In this document: positions 19,896 to 26,907 of the stretch, piece after piece
Layout: each line of letters starts with the position of its first letter
Numbering within the stretch: position 1 is the stretch's first letter
Source: Chitinophagales bacterium
GTDB lineage: Bacteria; Bacteroidota; Bacteroidia; Chitinophagales; CAIODY01
Reading direction: 5' to 3'
Length of the DNA: 64,000 nt
NCBI GenBank assembly: GCA_947449695.1
Contig: CANFST010000008.1
Span: forward strand, 862-64,861
The notes under the pieces: generated by a model
Seen by the model: the letters and a program-made list of their open reading frames with translations, nothing else
What the model was told of the DNA's origin: nothing
The model's database searches: none
Position numbers and translations under genes: made by a program

Positions 19896-21062
19896 ATGAA
19901 TAATTATCATTTTCATAACCGATTGAGGATTTTATTATTGTTGGCGGCTTTAATGATTGTAATCACCAGCCTTTGGTACACTCATTTATTGGCTGAAAAA
20001 TTATCAACAGAAGAACGCAGCCGCATGGAAATGCTGGCGAACACTTATGAGCATTTAAACACGGCAAATGAAAATACAGATATAGGTTTTTTAATCAATA
20101 TCATTCAGCACAACAAAAATATTCCATTGATTTTAACTGATGAAAAAAAGAATTTTCAAAGTTGTATAAATTATCCATCAAGAGACTCGAGTGATTTAAT
20201 GGTTATGAAATATGAATTGTTAAAGCTAAGAATTGCACAGGATTCAATACCCATTTCGGCTAATGGAAAAGTTGTACAATATATTTTCTACAAAGATTCC
20301 AACCTGCTTACTGATTTAAAGTACTTTCCATTTATACAAATTACCATTATCATTGTTTTTTTGATAGTAGCCTATATTGCTTTTTTTGCATCTAATCGAA
20401 ATTTACAAAATCAATTATGGGTGGGTATGGCAAAAGAAACTGCTCATCAGATTGCTACTCCATTAAGTTCGCTTACAGCTTGGGTAGATTATCTGAAAGA
20501 AAATTTGCAGAAGGAAAAAAATATTGAAGCTTTGACTGATATGCAAAATGATGTGGCTCGGTTAGAAATCATTACACAAAGATTCAGTAAAATTGGCTCT
20601 GCACCCGAACTTACAACGCAACCTATTGTGCCAATTTTACAAAACTCAATGGCTTATATGCAGCGAAGAGCAGGTAGTAAAATTGCCTTTAAATTCATTA
20701 ATGAATCAGATGAAAATATTCAATTGAGATTTAACGCCCCTTTGATGGAGTGGGTGATGGAAAATTTACTTCGCAATGCATTGGATGCAATGGAAGATGG
20801 TATTGGAGAAATTATTGTCAGGATAAATTTATTGAATAATAGATGCCAAATTGAAGTGAGTGATACTGGTAAAGGAATTCCTTCAGATAAATTTAAAACA
20901 GTTTTTCAGCCGGGTTATAGTACGAAAAAAAGAGGATGGGGATTGGGTTTAGCGCTTTGCAAAAGAATTATTGAAGAATATCACAAAGGGAAAATATTTG
21001 TAAAGGAATCGCAATCGGGTGCTGGCACAACGTTCAGAATTTTGTTGCCAATTACTGCTTGA
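19896..21062 (+). CDS. Sensor histidine kinase (orphan; two TM helices flanking a ~110-aa extracytoplasmic domain)
   Basis: H-box ETAHQIATPLSSL, N-box ENLLRNALDA, G1 DTGKGI, G2 GWGLGLALCK. TM segments are LRILLLLAALMIVITSLWY and FIQITIIIVFLIVAYIAFFA. No response regulator is encoded nearby. Confidence 0.85.
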   Translation: MNNYHFHNRLRILLLLAALMIVITSLWYTHLLAEKLSTEERSRMEMLANTYEHLNTANENTDIGFLINIIQHNKNIPLILTDEKKNFQSCINYPSRDSSDLMVMKYELLKLRIAQDSIPISANGKVVQYIFYKDSNLLTDLKYFPFIQITIIIVFLIVAYIAFFASNRNLQNQLWVGMAKETAHQIATPLSSLTAWVDYLKENLQKEKNIEALTDMQNDVARLEIITQRFSKIGSAPELTTQPIVPILQNSMAYMQRRAGSKIAFKFINESDENIQLRFNAPLMEWVMENLLRNALDAMEDGIGEIIVRINLLNNRCQIEVSDTGKGIPSDKFKTVFQPGYSTKKRGWGLGLALCKRIIEEYHKGKIFVKESQSGAGTTFRILLPITA

Positions 21063-21064
21063 TT

Positions 21065-22204
21065 TTATTTGTTTAATTCGTCTAATTGCTGTTGCGCATC
21101 ACTTTTGTATTTGCCATTTTCCGACACAATTTGTTCAAGTAAATTTTTTGCAGTAGCCATGTCATCAATCTTCAAATGCGATAGAGCCTTTTGGTAACGG
21201 GCATCATCATACCAATCTGAATTATTGTTTACCATTATCGCATCAAATTGTTTGATAGCTTCAATGTATTTGCCAGCCTGCATATAGCTCATTCCTAAAT
21301 AATATTTTGCCTGATAGTTGGTTGGTTCTTTCGTCACAACATTATTTAACGAGGCAATGGCTTTTGTATAATTTTTTGCATTGTATTGTTTCAAGCCTTC
21401 ATTTTCTTCTGGATTTTTTATTGTTGTAATTTTTTTATCCGTCTGATTTTCTGAATTATTGTTATTATAATTAGCTGAAGGGATTGATGATGAAGGAGAG
21501 CTCATCATTTTCATTTTGGATGTTTTGTTTTCCAAATCCGCCATAGCTATGTTTTTTTCTGATGTGTTATTCTCTTCGTCTTTAAGATTTTGATGGGCAT
21601 TATTTTTAGTTTCTCCATTATTAACAGTCATTGTTTCTTCTTTAGCAATTGCTGAATCGACTGTTGTTGCAGTGCCTTCATTTAAAGGAGAAATATCATC
21701 AGTTGCAGTAGCAGTAGATGAATAAACATTATCATTATTTTTTTCTTTAATAATTGTAATTGTATCTTTTTTTTCTTCTTTTTTCAGTAATGCCAAATTG
21801 CTTACTTTCGAACTTAGGTCTTGAATGTTTTTTGCCACATTTTCAAAACGGGTATGCAAAAACCAATCGAAGTAGATGCCTGTTAATAAAACTAGAAATA
21901 AAACAGAAGCAGCTACTGCAATTAATTTCCATGGAGAGTATAAAATATTTTTTCGGCTGTTGTATTTAACCCTACGTTTAATTTGACGATTAAGAATATC
22001 AACTTCATATTGATAATTATCTACAGCTAATTGCTTTAAGCCTTCCATCGCATCGCTACAAAATTCACATTCTAACAAATGATTTTCTACAGCACGTTTT
22101 TCAGCTGGCGATAATACATTTTGTAAATACAATTTCATTTGCTCAGGACTGAGGCAATTGCTATTGCTGATAAACAAATTTTGATATGAATTTTCGTTAG
22201 CCAT
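21065..22204 (-). CDS. Anti-sigma factor (zf-HC2-like N-terminus, one TM, C-terminal TPR-like domain)
   Basis: HLLECEFCSDAMEGL lies near the N-terminus. The TM is LIAVAASVLFLVLLTGIYF. An Asn/Ser/Lys-rich linker leads to TPR-like repeats (YNAKNYTKAIASL..., YYLGMSYMQAGKYIEAIKQF...). The gene sits 5 nt downstream of the sigma gene. Confidence 0.7.
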   Translation of the reverse strand: MANENSYQNLFISNSNCLSPEQMKLYLQNVLSPAEKRAVENHLLECEFCSDAMEGLKQLAVDNYQYEVDILNRQIKRRVKYNSRKNILYSPWKLIAVAASVLFLVLLTGIYFDWFLHTRFENVAKNIQDLSSKVSNLALLKKEEKKDTITIIKEKNNDNVYSSTATATDDISPLNEGTATTVDSAIAKEETMTVNNGETKNNAHQNLKDEENNTSEKNIAMADLENKTSKMKMMSSPSSSIPSANYNNNNSENQTDKKITTIKNPEENEGLKQYNAKNYTKAIASLNNVVTKEPTNYQAKYYLGMSYMQAGKYIEAIKQFDAIMVNNNSDWYDDARYQKALSHLKIDDMATAKNLLEQIVSENGKYKSDAQQQLDELNK

Positions 22205-22209
22205 ATTTG

Positions 22210-22806
22210 TTAAAATCGTTCGCTCCAGTTACTCTGTTTTTTTTCTAATATTAGTTTTAGATTCCTTTTTCCGTTCTGAATATAACTTTTCACCTGCATC
22301 AATGTAAAACCTGTCTCGTCGGCAATATCCTGATAGCATTTGTTTTTTAGGTAAAACAATTCGACACACTTTTTTTGCTGATCATTTAGTTCGTTTAAAG
22401 CTTCATATAATTCTTTTTCATCATCTGCTGATTGGGAATGAAGATGAATTGCTTCAGCATTTTCCACAAAATTTTCGTCTGTGGTTTTTAGTAAATCTAA
22501 GGGGACATGCTGATCATTTTTTTTTCGAAGTTGCATTAAGCAATGGTTTTTGGTAACCATGTATAACCAGGATTTAAAAAACTGCACTTCATGTTTTTTT
22601 AGATCGACCAGTAATTTTTCAAATATATCCATTACTGCATCGCGACTTTCCGCTTCATTTTTTAAATATTTAAAGCATGTACCTAATACCAGATGAGTGT
22701 AACGTTGATAGAGTTCGGCAAAAAAGACAGCATCATTGGTGCTTTTATATTGTAGCACTAATTCAATATCGCTCAATTGTTCAATATGAATATGATGATA
22801 AGACAA
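22210..22806 (-). CDS. ECF-type RNA polymerase sigma-70 family factor
   Basis: Region 2 is DAVMDIFEKLL...FKSWLYMVTKNHCLMQLRKK. The region 4 HTH is YQDIADETGFTLMQVKSYIQNGKRNLK. Only a TTG start is available upstream of region 2. Confidence 0.85.
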   Translation of the reverse strand: MSYHHIHIEQLSDIELVLQYKSTNDAVFFAELYQRYTHLVLGTCFKYLKNEAESRDAVMDIFEKLLVDLKKHEVQFFKSWLYMVTKNHCLMQLRKKNDQHVPLDLLKTTDENFVENAEAIHLHSQSADDEKELYEALNELNDQQKKCVELFYLKNKCYQDIADETGFTLMQVKSYIQNGKRNLKLILEKKQSNWSERF

Positions 22807-22866
22807 AAACCAATTTTTGCAAATATAATTAGTAAAGCGCTAAGAATTAATTTTAACTCTTTGCAA

Positions 22867-22886
22867 TTTTTTTTTCTTTTTTTTTT
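22867..22886. repeat. Homopolymeric tract T9-C-T10 in the divergent promoter region
   Basis: TTTTTTTTTCTTTTTTTTTT lies 60-80 nt upstream of the sigma-factor start and about 120 nt upstream of the 23008 gene. Confidence 0.9.
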
Positions 22887-23007
22887 AATTTCAATTAAAC
22901 TTTAAGCAAAAAGAAAAGTCGCAATACCTCACGATAAAAAACTTCGCTTTTTAAATTAAAAAACATTTTATTTGCGAAGTTTATTTTTTAACTAAAACAA
23001 AATAATC

Positions 23008-25932
23008 ATGATCAAAAAATCTTTACAATCACTCAGGTTGGCTGCATTCTTAATTGTAGCCGTTTTTTATGGCTTTAATGCTTTTTCACAAAGCGTTCCT
23101 CAATCAGAAAGCTTTGACAATCCAACATTTTTACCTGCTGGTTGGACTAACACTGCAACAGGTCCAAGTCGATGGTCTCGTAGAGCTACAGGAACAGCTG
23201 GTATTCCAGCAACACCGCACTCTGGTGCAGCTATGGCAAGATTTACAGCTGGTGCAGGTGGAGGTGGTACAGGTCAAACAGAAGCTATTATTACACCACT
23301 TTTTGATTTAAGTGGAAGAGGTACAAATGCTGCTAATGTTAGTCTATGGATTTACAGAGATAGCGTAAATGTTACTGGTGCAGATAGTATTTCTATTTAT
23401 TTGAATAACTCAGCTTCATTAACTGGTGCAACTTGGTTGGGAAATGTTGCCCGTGCTTACAGCATTGCCATCCCTAATGCTGAAACTCATCCTGGTTGGT
23501 ATCAATACACATTTGCTTATCCTGCCTCATTTAACAGCACAAGCAATTATGTGCTGATAAAAGGAACTAATCAAGGTGGCAGAAATATATTTATTGATGA
23601 TGTGAATTGGGATACTTACCCACCTGCTTGCACAGGCACACCTTCGGTTGATACTATTGTTAATAGTATTTCAAAAATATGTGGCGGTTCAGGTTCTGCT
23701 ACTTTAAGTTTGATGCACCCAATTACTGGTGTATCAGGTATCACTTATTCATGGGAAAGTGCTGCATCTGCTTCAGGTCCTTGGGCTCCTTTGGCTGGTG
23801 CTACCAATGCACCAACTGCTTCAACTGGCACTTTGACTTCTACTACTTATTTTATGTGTGTCGTATCATGTGCAATCAATGGTTCTACAAATTCAGTTGT
23901 TGATTCAATAGTTGTAAGTGGAAATACGCCACCAAACGTATCAGTTACTCCTTACACTGCTACTGCATGTTCAGGTGTTGGTACTACATTGACTGCAACT
24001 GGCGCTACTACTTATTTATGGAGCCCTGCAACTTCTCTTTCATCTACTTCAGGTGCAGTAGTTACTGCATCGCCTGTTAATACGGGTTTTGGTGGAATTA
24101 ACGTAAATTATATTGTTACTGGTTATGATGCAACTGGATGTTTTGATACTGCTCACATTGTTATCAGAGTAAATCCTGCACCAAGTGCAGTTATTACATC
24201 TTCTATTCCAAATGATACTATTTGTAATGGCACAACAGTTACACTTTCTGCTCCAGGCGGCGGCGGTGGTGGAGGTGGCACTACCTACTTATGGAGCGAT
24301 GGTACAACAACTAGAACTGATGCTGTAACACCTGCTAATACAACAACGTATTCAGTAACTGCTACAAGAGGTGGATGCTCTGCAACAGATTCAGTAAAAA
24401 TTGTAGTTAATCCGGGTGTGCCTCCGACAGTAACTGTTACACCAACTACAGCTACTTATTGCACTGGTTCTACTCCTGTAATGTTAGTTGCTTCAGCCAC
24501 AGGTGCTACTTCGTTTTCTTGGTCACCTGCTACAGGATTAAATAACACAACTAATGATACAGTTTATGCTGCACCCACAGGTGGTGGTTTTGGTGGTACT
24601 GTTTATACAGTTGTAGTTTCTAATGGTTCTTGTTCAGCTAGTGCAACTGCTACAGTTGCTCGTTCAAATTCACCAACAGGAAATATTACAACTAATTTAG
24701 TTGGAGATACTGCATGCACAGGTGCAAATGTTATTTTAACTGGTCCGAACGGCGGTGGCGGCGGTGGTGGCTACACTTACTCTTGGAGTAATGGTCCAAC
24801 AACAAGAAGAGATACCATAACTGGTATAACCACAGGTGGTATGTTCGTTTTAGTGATTTCAAACGCTGCTGGTTGCACAAGAAATGATACAGTTAACGTT
24901 ACAGTTATTCCAGGAACTCAACCCAACTTAACTTTAACTCCAAATGGTGCCGCAGCTTATTGCTCAAACACAGCAGGATTAGTGCTTACAGCAAGTGGTG
25001 CTGTAAATTACACTTGGTCGCCTGCAACAGGTTTAAGTGGAACTACTGGTTCAACGGTTACTGCAACTCCTGCTGGTGGTCCACCAACAGTTTATACGGT
25101 TACTGGTACTGATGCAAGCGGAGTTTGTAAAGCAACTGCAACAGTTACTGTAACGGCAAGCAATCCTCCTGCTAAAGCTAACATTGCAATTAATGATATT
25201 ACGGGTGCACCTTTAGCTACTGATTCTTTTTGCGCAGGTACACAAGTAATTTTGCGCCCAGGTGGTTTTGGTGGCGGTGGAAATACCTATTCATGGAATG
25301 ATGGAAAAACAACTCGAAGCGATACGGTTACTATTACTTCTGCTGGTTGGCATATCGTAACTATTACTAACAATGCTGGTTGCTCTACGTTAGATTCTAT
25401 TATGACTTATCTATTGCCAGGAGTTAATGCTAAATTTGGTTACGTTATCAATGGTAATTCAGTTACATTTACTGATAGCACTGCTGGTGCGACAAGTTGG
25501 AATTGGAATTTTGGTGATAGTAGCTCAAGCACTTCACAAAACCCAATTCATGTTTACACTTATGGTGGAAACCACACGGTTACTTTGGTAGTGACGGGTT
25601 CTGGTTCATCTGGTTGTAACACTGGTTCAAAACAAGTTGTGATTACAACAGGAACCGTTGGCATCAACGATTTAACTAATACTATTCATTTAAGTGTAAT
25701 GCCTAATCCTGCAACTGATAATGCTTTAGTGAAATTTAATTTAAATGAAGCAAAAGCTCAATTAACTTTAATGAATGCAGTTGGTCAAGTAGTTTATTCA
25801 AAAACAGTTTATCCTTCAGCGAATAATAATTATGCTGAAAATATTGAATTGAATAAATTATCAGTTGGTATGTATTTAATTCAAATTAAATCGAACCAAG
25901 GTTCATCATCTTTAAAATTGATTAAAGAATAA
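23008..25932 (+). CDS. Secreted multi-domain surface protein with a choice-of-anchor-J/MAM-like N-domain, alternating Ig-like modules with poly-Gly loops, a PKD domain and a type-A T9SS CTD
   Basis: Signal peptide ...FYGFNAFSQS. N-domain motif ESFDNPTFLPAGWTN. Repeated modules have TA.C.G....LTA.GA..Y.WSPA and Y.WS.G.TTR.DT contexts. PKD-like segment is VTFTDSTAGATSWNWNFGDSSSSTSQNPIHVYTYGGNHTVTLVV. CTD is LSVMPNPATDNALVKFNL...LSVGMYLIQIKSNQGSSSLKLIKE. Confidence 0.85.
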   Translation: MIKKSLQSLRLAAFLIVAVFYGFNAFSQSVPQSESFDNPTFLPAGWTNTATGPSRWSRRATGTAGIPATPHSGAAMARFTAGAGGGGTGQTEAIITPLFDLSGRGTNAANVSLWIYRDSVNVTGADSISIYLNNSASLTGATWLGNVARAYSIAIPNAETHPGWYQYTFAYPASFNSTSNYVLIKGTNQGGRNIFIDDVNWDTYPPACTGTPSVDTIVNSISKICGGSGSATLSLMHPITGVSGITYSWESAASASGPWAPLAGATNAPTASTGTLTSTTYFMCVVSCAINGSTNSVVDSIVVSGNTPPNVSVTPYTATACSGVGTTLTATGATTYLWSPATSLSSTSGAVVTASPVNTGFGGINVNYIVTGYDATGCFDTAHIVIRVNPAPSAVITSSIPNDTICNGTTVTLSAPGGGGGGGGTTYLWSDGTTTRTDAVTPANTTTYSVTATRGGCSATDSVKIVVNPGVPPTVTVTPTTATYCTGSTPVMLVASATGATSFSWSPATGLNNTTNDTVYAAPTGGGFGGTVYTVVVSNGSCSASATATVARSNSPTGNITTNLVGDTACTGANVILTGPNGGGGGGGYTYSWSNGPTTRRDTITGITTGGMFVLVISNAAGCTRNDTVNVTVIPGTQPNLTLTPNGAAAYCSNTAGLVLTASGAVNYTWSPATGLSGTTGSTVTATPAGGPPTVYTVTGTDASGVCKATATVTVTASNPPAKANIAINDITGAPLATDSFCAGTQVILRPGGFGGGGNTYSWNDGKTTRSDTVTITSAGWHIVTITNNAGCSTLDSIMTYLLPGVNAKFGYVINGNSVTFTDSTAGATSWNWNFGDSSSSTSQNPIHVYTYGGNHTVTLVVTGSGSSGCNTGSKQVVITTGTVGINDLTNTIHLSVMPNPATDNALVKFNLNEAKAQLTLMNAVGQVVYSKTVYPSANNNYAENIELNKLSVGMYLIQIKSNQGSSSLKLIKE
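24256..24279 (+). repeat. GGN codon run encoding a poly-glycine loop (about 8 Gly)
   Basis: GGCGGCGGCGGTGGTGGAGGTGGC is in frame (SAPGGGGGGG..TTYLWS). A second run, GGCGGTGGCGGCGGTGGTGGC at 24751-24771, encodes GPNGGGGGGGYTYSWS. Confidence 0.85.
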
Positions 25933-25950
25933 AAATTATATTTTATTGTA

Positions 25951-25986
25951 AAAAAGCCGCTTCATTATTTGAAGCGGCTTTTTTTA
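25951..25986 (+). terminator. Rho-independent terminator
   Basis: AGCCGCTTC (25955-25963) pairs with GAAGCGGCT (25971-25979) across a 7-nt loop and is followed by a T run. An A-run precedes the stem. Confidence 0.85.
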
Positions 25987-26144
25987 TAATTAATGTTTTT
26001 TAGTACTTGGATTGTTTAATGAAAGAAAATTACGAATGCAATGAATTAGCAAAAACAACAATTGCAGTTGTGAAAATATAAAATGTCGACTTCAATTAGG
26101 TAATACCAACTAAAATAAAAGTTATAAAGATTTAATGTAAAAAT

Positions 26145-26152
26145 TATCTTTG
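26145..26152 (+). promoter_or_regulatory. Candidate -7 promoter box (TAnnTTTG) for the lutA-like gene
   Basis: TATCTTTG lies 20 nt upstream of the ATG at 26172. Confidence 0.35.
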
Positions 26153-26171
26153 TTGAAATTCACAACATCAG

Positions 26172-26891
26172 ATGAACGTAGAAGTTTTTATTCCTTGTTT
26201 TATTGACCAAATGTATCCGAATACAGCCATTAATATGATAAAATTATTGGAGAGGGCAGGTTGCAAAGTGCATTATAATGAAAATCAAACTTGCTGCGGT
26301 CAACCTGCTTTTAATGCTGGTTTCTGGGATCAGGCACGTGGTGTAGGCGAAAAATTTCTAAAAGATTTTTCTGGAGAAGATATTATAGTTACCCCAAGTG
26401 CATCATGTTGTGGATTCGTGAAAAATTACTACCCTAAATTATTTGAAAACTCGGCACAGCATAACACTTCAAAAAATATAGGTAAACGAATTTTTGAATT
26501 GAGTGATTTTTTAGTGAATAAAATTAAGTTTACTGATTTTGGAGCATCGCTAGATGGCACCGCTACTTACCACGATTCATGTGCGGCATTAAGGGAGTGT
26601 AAATTAAAACAGGAACCTCGTGAGTTATTAAAAAATGTGAAAGGCTTACAATTAATAGAAATGATTGAAACAGACACCTGCTGTGGATTTGGCGGCACCT
26701 TTGCTGTTAAATTCGATGATATTTCGAATGGTATGGCAACACAAAAATTAGATAATGCTTTAGCCACACAGGCAAAGTACTTAATCAGCACTGATATGAG
26801 TTGTTTGTTGCATTTAGAAGGAAAAATAAACAAAGAAAATTTGCCTGTAAAAACTATGCATTTGGCAGATGTATTGGTAAGTGGCTGGTAG
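26172..26891 (+). CDS. (Fe-S)-binding CCG-domain protein, LutA/YkgE-like
   Basis: Two cysteine-rich CCG motifs (QTCCGQPAFNAG and DTCCGFGGTFAV) in the two-repeat layout typical of LutA / GlpC-like subunits. No lutB or lutC is adjacent. Confidence 0.8.
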   Translation: MNVEVFIPCFIDQMYPNTAINMIKLLERAGCKVHYNENQTCCGQPAFNAGFWDQARGVGEKFLKDFSGEDIIVTPSASCCGFVKNYYPKLFENSAQHNTSKNIGKRIFELSDFLVNKIKFTDFGASLDGTATYHDSCAALRECKLKQEPRELLKNVKGLQLIEMIETDTCCGFGGTFAVKFDDISNGMATQKLDNALATQAKYLISTDMSCLLHLEGKINKENLPVKTMHLADVLVSGW

Positions 26892-26907
26892 TTAGTTAAG
26901 CCATCAA

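Noticed and set aside
26172-26891. The LutA-like gene considered as evidence for a lactate-utilisation (lutABC) operon
   Set aside because: Only the LutA-like CCG protein is present. The flanking genes are a T9SS cargo gene and a TPR protein, so no operon-level claim can be made from this window.
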